From contig JAQGDQ010000071.1 of assembly GCA_030141605.1 (NCBI GenBank), positions 599,605 through 663,604 of the forward strand: a stretch of 64,000 bases of DNA. The letters are read 5' to 3'. Origin of the DNA: Tubiluchus corallicola (taxonomy: Eukaryota; Animalia; Priapulida). This document shows, one piece after another, positions 21,884 through 35,804 of this stretch. Under the pieces are notes generated by a model. That model was not told where the DNA came from. It ran no database searches and saw nothing but the letters and a program-made list of their open reading frames with translations. Numbering within the stretch: position 1 is the first letter of the stretch; the number at the start of each line of letters is the position of its first letter. A program made the position numbers and the translations under genes.

Positions 21884-23479
21884 GTAAGTATAATTATTAA
21901 TGTTTTTTCGATTTGCAGTTGAATGTACAGTTGTACCTCGTACGCTGCACGTAGCTACATGCTGTAGAAATGTATATATTTATTTAGCTGAGACGGGTTT
22001 ATTTATATTAGGCACAGCTAAGCATAACACTTCGAGTTTTTCAATTTAAGATTGTGATTGCTAAATAAAATGTGAACTTTGGTGAGTTAAAGCGTAAACC
22101 AATTTTTGCTATATCAAAGTTCACAGTTATAGTAAACTAAAGTGAAACAAGTTGGAGACAGCTGCCTTTTTATATATAGGAATTTCTGGTATTCATTTTT
22201 CATTGAATAAAGAAAATTTAAATTAATGCCCAAAAGAATGGATGATTTAAAATGTCTGTAGTCACATCATATTGTCCACTAATTAAGTGCTTGAATTTTT
22301 TATCTAATAATGACCGGTTAACCTTAGCTATTTTAGGCCTAGACGTCAAAGCAAAATTAAGTCCAAGTAAAAAAAGTAAAAAAGAAACATTCTTTCTTAA
22401 AAATAATAATGTTAGATGTTATAAGTGGAGGAATGGATGTTAAGAAGTATTAAGTTAAAGAGTTAGAGAGATATTTTAGTAGATTGAACATTGTCATTGT
22501 TCTTTATACATGTGAATGAACGTTACCCTGGATACATCTGCATACTGATTTCTTGTAAATTATGCATTAGCAGTGCTGCATCATAGTGCATATAGCCGCA
22601 GTGGTTACTGTTTAGCAGGATAGCTGCATTGATGATTGCAAATTTATGCAGGCAAACCTTTCTTGTGTTAAAAAAACTGCTTTGGTCATGTCACATTGTG
22701 AAACATCATGAAAGATGTTTGTAAAAAAATGTGGTTGCAAAAAGTTGCAAAATAAACCATAGACTGAGGCTAGCCCCTCAATGTATGTTTCCAATGGATG
22801 TATCCTAAATATGCATCCTCTTTTCAGTACTCGTGTTGTTGTTGGTTTTTTCTTTTTCTTCGTAGGCGCTGTACATGAAAAAAGGCTTAGGCTTCGACTC
22901 TTAAAAGCAGATCCAATAAATTGTTTGGTTTGGGTTGATACTAGAGAATATCATGAATAGACTAATAAAGTTGGATTTGTCGTATATGACATGTCTAAGA
23001 TGGTGATGTTGATGTCATGTTCACAGAAAGCTATTTGAGGTTGTACTATACCTAAACTAATGTAGCGAAATTTTTCAGAGTGAATCCATAGTTCTTCTAT
23101 GAGTGCTATAATGACGGTTATAATTAATGATCAATGTTAGTCAAAGTGTAGCTATCATCAAGCCTCTTGTCTGGAAGAAAGTTCTTAAAGGTTCTCAAAG
23201 CTTACTAGCTTCGCAAAATCTTATTTTGGTACTAGGCATTATAATACATGTTTAAAACTATTAGCTACAAGTTTTGTGCATGCCCTAAGTATTTTTAAGT
23301 GAGTAGTCATAAAACTTTAAATTGGCAATAGCAATAAGTGTTTGAAAAAGTTTTGTATTAAAGTAGCAGTTTTGTTAGTTGCAGTGTTAATGGTAGAGGC
23401 AGTAGCAAATAGCAATAGCAGTAATAATAAGAAGGCTAAACTCCGCAAAAAAGTTAGCGCATAACCCACGATGACAAAC

Positions 23480-23802
23480 TACACCACACCCACCACACCA
23501 CGCCACCCACACCCACTACATCATACCGTACCCCCCATGTCACACCCGCAAAACCGTCACTTTAACACGTTACTATACTAATACTAATACTATACTACTA
23601 TACAAATACTCTACTATACTATTTACTATCTATTGTGTGTTTCCTGTAGGCAGTACAGCCATAGCCATTAGCCAATGTTTGTGTCCATCTCTGTGAATGG
23701 TCTATTCCATGTCATTCAACTGCTTTTCCTAGCTTCACATAGTTATCCCAATTTGCCTGAAGCCTTGTTTTTTATTATATGCATATATATATATATATGC
23801 TT

Positions 23803-23846
<44 letters not shown>

Positions 23847-23915
23847 TATACTATATACTATATATATATATGCTTGACTATATATATATATAGTTGAATG
23901 ACATGGAATATATAT
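23480..23915. repeat. Compound microsatellite region (CCACA)n, (TACTA)n, (TA)n
   Basis: Read directly: ~23483-23515, ~23570-23630, ~23783-23892. Confidence 0.9.
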
Positions 23916-24639
23916 ACATATAATATTATATTCTGTAAATGCAAAATTATTAATATTAATTTATTTATTAGCCACAGTTGCTTGGCAGGTAGTTTTTAAA
24001 CATTTTTGTGATAGTATGTGTACTTAAATACAATTCTATCAACCGTAGGAGCTGGCGTACAAAATATTTCAAAGTTAAACCAAAATAAAAAAGAATAAAA
24101 ATTCGTTTCAAAGTCAAATTCAGAAAAATTTGTTAACCCGAAGTAAAAAAGAGATATTTTGGAGATTTTTGTAAAATCACATACGTGAATATTGGCATCT
24201 TCGGGACACAAATAGCCTTCTGGTTTGTTTAATGGTCTGAGTCACACTGGTATTCATGACATAGATTAACTTACAAAATCACACGTGAGAATGACGATAT
24301 GATACTTTTTGCCTAAATTTTGTTATTTTAGAAAAGTTAAATATTCGTGTTTCTCGTGTCATTTTACACTGTGCAGTATGTAGCTGTGCTATGAGGAAGT
24401 GTAAATAATACACATATGATCACACCACTATGAAGCACAAGGGTACATGGCCTCTTCGTTTGGAAATCGTGTTATTACTGTCTAATATAATACTTTGGTC
24501 TTTTAACCTTTAGATTTTGAAAGTCGATAAATGAATCTTTTGCATTTTCAGTTTATTAAACTTCACCTTATTGTTAGTAGTTTGGCTGCAAGGGCAAAAA
24601 GAATTTATGCATGCTTTACTTTTATTATAAATGATTTTT

Positions 24640-25200
24640 ACAATTGTAACTCCAGACTTCCACACTTAATGTTAGGGATTTAAAAAATAAGTCTTTAAAA
24701 TAGTATGAATAGCGTCTTAAATGATACAAGGCTGTGAGTTCAAGTTTTAATTTGAATTTGTTAAATTTTGTGATTGACATTCATAAAATTTAGTCATGTG
24801 CTATAAAATTGTTCATAAAGAGCTATATCTAAATGTTGACAAACTTGTCAACAAAACCAAAAGTAACCATTCGCTCAAACTCTTTGTTAGGCGTACTGCA
24901 AAAAAAGCTTTTGCTGACTTTTTCTCGAACAAGGTTGTCCCTATCTGGAATAGCTTACCCGCACAACTAAATGGATTTCCACTTGTAACAGCACAGACCC
25001 AAAACATTTTAAAACTAGGTTAGATGCTGTGGACTTAATTGGATTTTTGCTTTTTGATTGGCTCTTATAAGCAAGTAATTCAGCCTCTGAGCGTCTCCCC
25101 AACATCATAAATTCGATGATTTTTTTATGTAAACACTTGCTTTTTAATTATGGTTTGTGTGTGATGTGAAAATAAATTAAATTAAAATTTAAAAAATTAA
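24640..25200 (+). mobile_element. CR1-like LINE 3' fragment
   Basis: LVMCYKIVH...FFSNKVVPIWNSLP...FKTRLDAVDL followed by an aataaattaaattaaa tail. Confidence 0.8.
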
Positions 25201-27589
25201 AACTCTTTTATACTTTCAAAACTGCATGAAATTTGCATGTAGTTTATTGCCACCAGGCAGCTGTTATATGTAGTTTTAAATCTGTATGTAATCGTTATAT
25301 TAATTAATTTTAGCGGCAATGTCACAAAAAGTGCTTTGATTACCCATATATAGTGTTCTGCTAATGGACCGTAGTGCTAGTGAACCAAAAAAATCGATTT
25401 TTTGCATAGGATAAGTGATTTTAAATGAACCAATGACGTGGTTAAATGAACAGCAAATTCCGAAAAAATGATAAGGGAAAAAGATTACTGTATTACCATA
25501 GTTCATGAATGACACTTGGCTGATGGGGGCCCATGTACTGAAGCCGTCATATGTACAGCAGGCAGCTAGGTTCTATTTTGGGTTTGCGGTTTCTGCCCTG
25601 TTTAACATCATTAGGCTGAAGATTTTCACAGCATCCCATGACCTACGCGTCTTAGTCGTGAAATTGTATGCCAGGGTGAGAAATTGTCGAATCAAAATCT
25701 GAAGTTTAATTTGATTTATTTGTTGCTAGCTACTCATTAGAAACTCAGGACTTACAAGCGCTGCTGCAATTATGCTATGTGATTAAATTTATGCAGGGTA
25801 CCAGAGGCTGGACATCCTTTTACCACATCAGATATGTGAAGACCCTTTCAAAAACGTCAGCATTTGAATAATGTACAACTATGAATATTGCTCTAAATAT
25901 GATAGACATTTAGGATAACTTAGCTTAAACTGTGTGCTTTATTTGTAGTGTAAAGCTTTTAAATCAGTCTTAAAATTTTTCAAATGGTCTACTCTTAAAC
26001 TTTCTACCAACTAACGCTACCTGAATAACAAGATTGAAAATCACAAATGTATAAAAAAAAGTTTTCTATTTTGAGCTGTCTCCCTGATAATGCAATATGT
26101 AAAGTGAACCAATATCAGTCTTCTTCAACATAAGAAGTTGAGTATTTTTCTTATGACAAAAATTTCTGCAGAAATCAGACTGCGAGAGTTTATAAACCAT
26201 TAACTTTAAGTTTTTTAATGTATGACTTCACTAACTTATGTGACCATTTAGTAAATTTAAATTAAAAAAACGTTAAAGAAATTAAAATGTAGATCCACTG
26301 AATAAAAAATCCCACAGTTAAAAAACAAGGAAAAGGTAAGTTCTAAGCACAACGTTTCGAAAAAAATTCTTTTTTGTACCTTTGTATTCACCTAAAAAAC
26401 TACTATAGTGGTTCGAAACGTCACGCACTTTCTTTGTTCTTTCTTGTTTTTTCTTATTTTTTTTGGTCACTGTCGCAGTTCTTGTTACTAAGAATACTAT
26501 TGCATATATTGATAAATTCGGTACATTTTTTTCCACAATAGGGGCCATTATAGGGCTATATACCAGCTAAAAATTAAACACAATTTACACAGAGTAAAAT
26601 ATTTAAGGCCTTTTTTGATCATGAATTTTCCGTGCCATAAATGTTCTCATTGACTTTAGGTTACATTTTTAACATTATTGCTCATCTTGAAAACGTGAAC
26701 ATAATAAATTAAATTTAAGCCACCTCTAATCTCCTCGTCACCCGTGGCCCGCATGTGACCTTCTCTTGGCTGAGTTAATGGACTAAGAAAACAATCCGAC
26801 AGGAGATACACAAACTCTGAGGTTTGAAAAACTTATGGCTCGTTTTTTCCTTCTTAATTTTAAAATTGGAAAGTTGGTTTCCGCATGTTGGAAATAAATG
26901 CCATGTGTTTCAGGGAAAAGTATAAATTATCCTACGCAAGGTGCTTATTTTCGAGCATCGATCAATACAAAAGCGGAATACGGTCAGAAAAGACACTTTT
27001 TGTCAGAAACACTGTATCTAGCTTTTGCTTTTAAATTCTGAGCTTAGCTATGGGCGCTATACTTGTACATACCTTTTCCATCATAAATACTGTACATGTG
27101 GATAGCATATTCTCTTTTTAAATTTTGGCTTGCCGTTTAAATTTACATTAGCCGGTGTTACTGTATGTGTAAATTACGTGTACAGAATGGCATACTGTAA
27201 ATGTGACGAAAGGGACTACTGTACAACTTAGTCTGTATTTACTAATTTTAGTTACCAGTAGTTTAAAAAATCGCATGTTTTACTCTAGAGCTTTTTTAAA
27301 AATGTTTAAACCCGGTTGGACTAATGTTCTCATTTTAGTTTACTGTTGCATCTTATAATAGAGCTCGTTTTTGATGCTAAATAGAACTCATGCTTGCCCC
27401 GAATTAGACTATTTCTCTGTTTTGTAGATTTTTGCAGTAGTGGAACTTCGTAGAAATATTAATGGTCTCTTAGGAACGCATCAGTTAGACTAATGTTCTG
27501 CCAATATCCATTCCTCCAACGTTGTGCAGTTACTTAAACTTACTTTCCATATGTTTTAAAACCCCCAAGGAAACAAATTTACCCATCTA

Positions 27590-28330
27590 TCTTCAACTTG
27601 CTTGCCGCTAGCTCCGGGTAGGAGTACGCTTTAATGATAACTGCTGTCTACCCTGTCTACGGGTCTAACTTTATGATTCTGTACTGCATAACAAAGTTGC
27701 ATATATTGAATTGTCAGTTCCGTCTGTCTGTCTGTCCGTCAGTCACTACTTTTTCTCGGCCGTGGAGTAATGTAGGTTATCTATACCTCGCACGGACATA
27801 GGGCATCATTCAAGCTGTTAGTTTTTCAATCAATCGGTGTAGTTTTGAACTTTTGACGCATAACAATTATACGGTATAATAAGAATATTTTTATCGCTAT
27901 AATAAGCTGCGTACCGCGACTATAGGTTTATTGGTCATATATGTTTGTTTGTATCTGTACGTCATGCGTCTCTAGATGTCTATACTTTCTATACGTCTAT
28001 ATGTATCTGTACGTTTATCAGTATCTGGCCATTTTTTTACGTAATTAACCGTCAAGTAACATTGAAGGATATCACCTCGCGCAGTGGAAGGGCATCTTTC
28101 AAGCGCGGAGCCGACTACAGAAGTTTCGGTCCTAAACATCTATCTGTCTCTTTGTCTGTCAGTCTGTTACCACTTTCGCTCGCTCCCGAGTAATCTAAAA
28201 AGTTGAAACGTCTTACAACTGTAGGGCATGGTTCAACCTCGTATACATACTGTAAATTTTGGGGTCAGTTGGCACAGCTTTCTTGAAGATTTGTGTATAG
28301 CAAAGTTCTGTAACTATCGCTCAAGTGTAC
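27590..28330 (+). mobile_element. Helentron-associated (HINE/DINE-1-like) non-autonomous element remnants, about two copies
   Basis: Internal (GTCT/GTCC)n microsatellite cores at ~27721 and ~28140 followed by related cactt..ctcg...tagggcat..ttcaa segments. Confidence 0.45.
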
Positions 28331-28849
28331 GTGATCGAGTGACAACTAAGTGAATTATGATTCATTATAAGCATCAGATAACAACAATCACTAACATATG
28401 TTATGCAGAAAACATATTTTTGTGACAGCCTCCATGTACGTAAACCCGCAGGATATGATGGTAGTCTGTGGTTTTTCAAAGCCTTCAAGTATACCTGTAT
28501 CTGAATTTAGATCTTTGTTTGAAGTTTTAAGTTTTTAAATCCACACGCATTGTAACTCGGACACGTTTAAAGTTTCTTCTATTAAAAATTCAAATTAGAA
28601 TTCTGGCCAAATTAGAAATTTAGTATCATTTTAAGTGTCATTGGAGAATATACATCTTTGAAATTGTCTCAGAATATATCGACCTCGTCATGGCAACTAT
28701 GTCCCTTTACTTAAGTTACTTTAGTTAAGATTCTGCTTATAGCAGAATCTTCTTGATTTTTTAATTTAGTTTGAGTTTAATATTATAAAATGCAAAAAAG
28801 TGCAAATTATATTTTTTTATTTTCCTGCAAGTTATGTATGTTTTGTTTT

Positions 28850-31800
28850 GAGATTAAAATGATAATCTTTACGAATTTACCATCATATGCATACGTCTGT
28901 ATTCTGACAGCACAAGTTTCCTTACCATCATTTTGCATTTTACTGCAGTTATAGTTTCATAGTAGACTGTTTGAGGATATCATATCCAGAACTTTCCAGA
29001 AATTTATTTTATGTCTATTCTCTACCGAACGTGCAAAACAGATGTGAAAAAAATCTGCCAAAGGACTGGAAAGATGTTCTTAAAACTACTCTGCCCTGTT
29101 ATTAATAAGGTTCCCTTGTATACAAAAAGGATACTGTCAGAGCTTAAATTAAAACACTTGTAAAAATTTACTATAACCATTTTAAAGTTATCCGAATAAT
29201 TACTTTTGTCATTACTGTTACAGACAAGAGGTGTGCAATACAACCTATAAACATCAAGCAGTGTCATAAACGAATGGTCTCATAAAATATATTTTTGTCC
29301 CTTGCTATAAAAATCTGGTCATATTTTTGTACAAATGCAACCTTTTTATAAGTTGAACTGGTTTTCACGTTTGTTAGGCAGTGTTTGCATCTGTCATGCA
29401 TCTTGAATGGACGTAGCTCATTTACGAGGAAGGACGAAAACATATCACATTGTAGAAATGTAATGGTAATAAAAATAAATGAGATGTGACACTTCATTGC
29501 TCAGAAGAAGATTCTGTTTCAGAACTATAGAGAAATTTTGGGCAATAACAGGAATGACAAGGTAACAGCAATGACTAGTGAGGTAACAGTACAACAAGAA
29601 TGACACATATACACACTATATAAGCAACAACAAGTGTTTTATTAAATCTTCGTAACTGTTTGACAAGAACAGAAAAAATACAGCTTTTAAATTTTTTATA
29701 AAAAGAACAATATCCATAAAAAACTCACTATATAATAAATTTTAATTTGAAAATCCGTCGTTTCTGCTATGCTCTAGCAATCTTTGTCAGGAGTATATTA
29801 TGAGGCATTAAAATTCGAAACAAAACAAAAGCATTATAGCAAAACTAAGGGTATCTATGAAAACAATAATCATAGAGGAGAAAAACAGAAAATGTAATCT
29901 ATCATTAATATAATATAGAATGATAATTCTTTAATATATATATTATATATGTGTGTGTGCGTGTGCGCGCGTGCATGTGTGTGCGTGCATGCGTGTGTGA
30001 TTTTTATTTAAAGCTAAGTTTTTACAATTAAGGCAGATTCAACTACGTGTTTCTTTAGTGATGTTCCTAGCTGGAAACGTTGGATTTCTCTAATGTAAAT
30101 TTACTAATATTCATTATATAATGGATTGTTTATGAAATAGGTCAGAACAGATTTGGCCAAAAACAGATTTGTTTTAAGAAAAATCACAGGAACAGTAATC
30201 TTGTTGAAACTCAAACTGCACGTACATTATCGCAGCTGCTAATGGAACGCCATAAGAAAATATTAAATTATAAATGCCTTTGTCTTCTACAGGTACATCT
30301 ATTGGCTAATCTACCCATGCCATTGTTTAAACTGTGAAAAGCAGAAACTTCATGTTGTGCTAGTTTCCTTTCTATAAGCCAGATGGTCTCTCTGCTACTA
30401 CACAATACTACTCTGAAATATCAAGATATCTTCTTACGTGTCATTGCTGTTACTTTGTTGTCACTCCTGTAACTTGAACGATTATAACAGGAGTGACAGT
30501 AACAGGAATGACTGTCAAGGAAAAAAACCTGCTCACACGGGCTAACTATCCTACTTCACCCTTTCCAAATAATTAGATTCAACACAGTAAAGTACTAAAA
30601 TTAACCAGGCATGATTATAAGCATTTTATGTTCTGTTTTCTAATAACGGGATATATAACAGTAATGATCATGAATTAACATATCCAGAAACAATGAACCC
30701 AAACTTTTGTCAGAAAACTTAAAAAAATATTGGAGAAGCCACCGTTAAAAAGTTTGCCAAATCACAATAGGTGGTGCTCTCTACTAACAAATATTTAAAA
30801 CAATAGAGTCAATCAGTGGTACATGCCTCAGCTTTTCCACCAAAGTAACAGGAATGTCGTTGAACTTGGAGACACACGTGAAATTAAACAACACAAATAT
30901 TTGCTAGTTCTGAAAGTATTTGGGAAGAGGAGTTTCACCTTTAGTGTGCTGTTTAGAATAAAATACTGCAAATTAGTTTTTAAACGGATACTTTCTGCCA
31001 AATCTATCTAGAAAAGTTGAAAATGGGCACTGGGGACATAGGAAAAACTTTCACAGGAACTGATTTCAGCTTCAATAGAAATGTCCAAATCACTTTTCTG
31101 GCAACAAATACAACTGGAATAAGTTTCTTTGGTGTCTACCAGTCATGAGACAGTATTGCACCAGAAACTTTGTTATTTAAAAAAATTATCCTGGGACAAA
31201 AATTGTACGTTCTGTGGAGAATGGCCCACTTACAGAATGCTAATATTTTTCATCTGAAGACTGAAACTGAAAGGGTAAAAAAAGTGTAGAATATATACGG
31301 GTATCTCTTAATGGGAACGAGTGTGGATTGCAGAAAGATGACTGATGTCCCACGTTGTCCCACAACTTAAGAGGCTTATGGTACTAAATCAAATACTGCT
31401 TGTAAATCTGTTTCTGAAAGAAGTCGAAATAATTAATTTAAAAAAGCCCAGTCTGTATTTTCGTAGGAGATGCTACTTAAGTAGTCCAGTCGGTATTGTA
31501 TTGGCAGTTTATCTTGGAGCTTTGTTTGTTTTCTTTTGCGGTCAAGAGCGGGTTCTAGGCTTTATAGTTTAAAGCACCTAAGTTTAGCACTTGGAAAGGG
31601 AAGCCCAACTGACCCAGTAATTGGCGCGAAAAGACACAGTTCTGTAATGCATGGCTTCATATTCCAGCTGCTGGAGAAACTATATTTGGAACTGATCACA
31701 GCTTCCTCATAACTGCGCATGAGACTCGGAAAGCTTTCCGTGTGTCAAGGAACTGTATTTTTGTTTGCCTTGCATTTTATTCACTGTCTGAATAATGCAA

Positions 31801-31900
31801 TAAGGCTGGTCTTGTGGTCGTGTTAGCGTGATTGCCTCTTTTATTTCAAAAAACACCTTGTTACACAAAGAAATTTTTTTCGAAAGTTGGCGGAGGTGAT
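28850..31900. mobile_element. Degraded DNA-transposon-like region with repeated GTAACAG.A.TGAC motifs and vertnin/OTU-like coding remnants
   Basis: Motif clusters at ~29544-29607 and ~30437-30515 in both orientations; frameshifted coding-like sequence at 31020-31370; boundaries uncertain. Confidence 0.4.
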
Positions 31901-31967
31901 TAACAAATAATGGAAGCAGAAAGTCCATAATTATAGTTGCTAAAAATGGGTAAATGTAGTGTTGGAA

Positions 31968-32364
31968 TAGGGGTGAGCATTCTCTACCAGAAAGCGAATT
32001 CGAATCGAATCGAATCGAATTTGTGACTTTCTAATTCGAATTGAACCGAACTTCATTATTTCGATTTCAAATTGAGATTGAATGATTTTCGAACCAGTTT
32101 TCGAACCACCAGTAAAAATTAGTTTTACAAAGATCATGCATATTACTCGACTTTGTTCTACAGTAAAACCACTAATAATGTGTCTAAAAAATTGTGCACA
32201 GAAATCACAGCTAAATTATGCTAATTGCATGGTGTTTCAAACATTTTAATGATAAAGAACGCATGTGGTTGAAGTGCTGAATTATTTGAATCTATTGTTT
32301 TAGGTTCGAAACGAATTCGAACTAAAAAACTCGTTCGCACTCAAACGTTCGATGCTCACCCCTA
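31968..32364. mobile_element. hAT-type MITE (TTCGAA-rich family), copy 1
   Basis: TIRs TAGGGGTGAGCAT / ATGCTCACCCCTA; near-TSD gtgttggaa / gtgtggaa; (CGAAT)n subterminal repeats. Confidence 0.9.
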
Positions 32365-32893
32365 GTGTGGAACATAGTGTTGTTCAAATGCCAGTGTCTG
32401 CCAACTAGAATTCGTTAGGTTGATAAACAGAATGATAAAAAAGTTACGAAACTAAAAGGCAAAATGTACAATATAATACTGGTCGACACCACATAGAAGC
32501 AGCCCCTGAAAGCGCCTAGTGAACTTAGTTCAATTGTATGATTTAGCTTTTGCTGAAGTTTTACTAAACGTTTACGAACATGTTAAGTTTTCTGGCACTC
32601 ATAGCGGGTAGCAGTCTCGATGTAGCGAATCATTTCAGGTAGAGCGCGCTCATTGTCACCAGGATCATAGTTAATACTGTACAGACTACTGTCTATATGT
32701 TCTCTATAAAATTTATTAAATAGTGAAATGTTTGTAGTGAATCTTAGTGATAACACTAAGCATGGAAAACGACCCTTCAACTAACTTCTGAGTCTCATAT
32801 AGAGCAAATTCGTGCAGTTTTGCTTGTCTCATTGCAAGATTTCAGGTAGTATAATATTAATTCAAATGCTTACTTTCCACAATATTTTTTGTA

Positions 32894-33396
32894 CAGGGTG
32901 TCTCAGAAATCACTATAACACTTTACATTTCCTGTATTTTTCAATAAGCAAAGCAAAATCTTTGAAAGTAATTCATACTGATGAACTGAAACCTTGAGAA
33001 ATTCTTTTAGGCAAATTAGACGATAATCTGAAAAGACTACTGCTCGAGTAGGTTTTTTCTATTTTAGCCACCTTCTTCAAGGACTTCAAGAGTTTTAGAG
33101 AACGTTACTGTGGCAAGTGGGGCATCTTGCATTGAAGAAGTCTCTCACAGCCCCTGAGTTGTGAGGAAGGGCTGCACCTTGTTGAAAAACTACATTGTTT
33201 TTAGTGCACTGCCGATGTGGTGCTCTAAATTTCCGCTGAAATTTTGACGTCATTTCTAACGCTACTGTCGTCGCCATAGCAACGGAGTTCCGGTCAAAAA
33301 CTCAATAAAAATTGCCCTAGACCCTTTTTGATTCGAGTAAGAGCTTACCAAGATTGGACAAAAAATCAAAATATATAGTGACTTATAGAAGCCCTA
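32894..33396 (-). mobile_element. Internally deleted Tc1/mariner element with transposase remnant
   Basis: TA|CAGGGTGTCTCAGAAATCACTATA with degenerate right TIR TATAGTGACTTATAGAAGCCCTA; minus-strand VVFQQGAALPHNSGAVRDFFN resembles FQQDGAPPH...VR.FLN. Confidence 0.8.
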
Positions 33397-35603
33397 CAGA
33401 TTAAACCCAGTTCAACCGTTTATTGGAAGAATTTACATGCGTGATATATTAGAAGGTATTCTTTGGACATTCTCCATCAAACGCCACTTTTATCTACCAC
33501 GCTAGTAGTCCATAAAACATTCATTTTGACTTATGACGCCACACAGTTCAGCTTCAGCTTTTCTTTTCGAGAACTTTTTCATTGTATATTTGCATGTTTT
33601 GATAGGTGTAGAATGTCATGAGTGTCTCCAAATTCACATAGAACCTTACTGGTAGGTTTGCCCTACCATCTAAGGTAATTTAATTGAAAAGGACTAGTGA
33701 AGGACTGCACAAATGTTTTGCGTAAACACGTGCGTCATTCAAAGTCTGTTTAAGCGTCGTAGAATTAATTGTGCATAATCACCCTAATTTTGTTAAGCAG
33801 TGCATGTAAGATAATGTTAACAGCTGTTGCTTCTATTGCGTAAGACATTCGTCAGCATATTTATAGATAATTTCAAGGACCTACTGCTATGCACCACACT
33901 GCCACTAATTAATTAAATATTACTATATCTGGATTTGGGTATTTTCAGAAATCGTAGGTAACAAGCAAAGTGAAGCCCAGTTCAGGGTGCGAGCGTTCAG
34001 TGCAATAGAGAAGCCATAATCGCTGCCCCACATCTTGACTGCTTATTTCCGTCCTCCCACATCTTTTGCGTGCATGTGCGTGATGGATCAATATGATGCT
34101 GCTCTGTGCCGAACGCTACCTGTTATCAATAAATCACTACTGTAGTTTCAGCTTATTGTTATTGGCTCGAAGAGAACTGTTGTCTGTGTGACCATTATGC
34201 TGTACATAAATAGCAGGGGTCTTTGAGGCCATCACCAGATGTATAAGGTTGGAGGCATGTCCAAAATTAAACATTTATGCGCCTAATTCTAATGCAATCG
34301 TTCCAATGATCCAGTGCACAAGCCCCATAATTTTGTAAATATTTATTTATTAAATCAAGGCACCCGAAATACTGGAAATGTGAAAAATTCAACAATCTAA
34401 TTATATCTGCTAGTGATTTATCGGGTGAATTATCATTTTTTTCACCAGTAATAATGAAACACGTGTCTGACTCTAGTTGACCCTGCATTCTGGTATCCTG
34501 CGCTCATCATAATGCTTCTAATTTTGTAGTTGTGGAAGAACCAGTAGCTAGTAATATCAACAGTTAGGTGTATTAGTCATGTTTTGTATACATGCATATC
34601 ATGTATACATTTTTCCTCGATGAACGCTAACGTTAGCTAAAAATTGCTTAGCTTGGATAAATTAAGAAAAACTATGCACCAACCTATGTTTGGCATTTAT
34701 AAAGGCAAAATTACGATTGCTGGCATGTAATACTCGTAACTTGTGCACGTTCGTTCCAATAACCAAAGTTCACGTCTAAATTAAAAATACGGTTACAAGC
34801 TTTCTTTATAAATCACTTGCCAGGTTTCCCGTTAATACGTGCAGTTCTGGCTGAACAAGACTGCATGTGTATTTGAACTCCACTCTCATTTACTCTTATC
34901 AAAACATTAGATAAAACAGTGATTTACAAAATTGTTGCTAGTGTTCTGCAAACATCGCTTAATAGCTTATTGCAGCGTACTGCAGTGCACTTTGACCTGT
35001 TTTGTCACATCGCATTCAAGATAGGATCTTCTTTTTCTTACGCATAATTAGCGTTCCAAAATCTTCACACTTGCGCAACTGCAATAATCCTAGAAAAGAG
35101 TATTCCCCAGTTATCAGGGATTAGCTGAAAAAGTTCTGTTTTGTATTAAGACTGCAGATAGTTTGCAAAAAATTTGGGCAATTTCAAGAGCAGAGCAGGC
35201 GATGCGAAACAGCAAAAGCTATTTGTGTATTGGACTTGTTCATGGGAAAGCTCTTAATACATCATACGAAAGTAAGATCAGCGATGTTTTGAAATCACCC
35301 AGAAATTAAATAGTATTGCTCTCTAGGTCTACTTTATGTTCTCATGTCGACTGTGCAGAGTTTAGAGATTAATCAGTGAATTTCTGGTTTATTAGACTTA
35401 AAATTAGTCCAGCATAAGTGATATTGTGGGCTAATGGTACATAAAAATCGTATAGTTTTACATTGCTTGATTGGAGAAACCCACTTTTTACGATTGTCCA
35501 GTCATTATGCCTGAATTGCACATTTTTCTCCTTGTATTTTGTATTTTGTAAAGTAGTACATTAGTAAGTATACTATGAGCCTATATGATGCTTTTCTTTT
35601 TAG

Positions 35604-35804
35604 GTGTGCCTTTCCCACCATCACATCGGCTCACAATGTCAGAGGTGTTCGACGCAAAAGGGAAGCCTCGCATGGAAGTTATGAAGCAACACTTTATTTT
35701 AGAGGGTCGAGTAGAGGAAGCAGTAGCTCTTAAAATTATAAATGATGGTGCCGCATTATTACGAGCTGAAAAAACAATGATAGATGTAGAAGCTCCAGTT
35801 ACAG
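35604..35804 (+). CDS. PPP3CA: Calcineurin A exon 2
   Basis: [17 protein letters not shown]...[10 protein letters not shown]...IDVEAPVT; 201 nt; ag/gt. Confidence 0.97.

Noticed and set aside
25340-26580. Possible TIR element and Penelope-like TCGAAACGTC motif near 26412
   Set aside because: Terminal repeats too degenerate and no TSD identified
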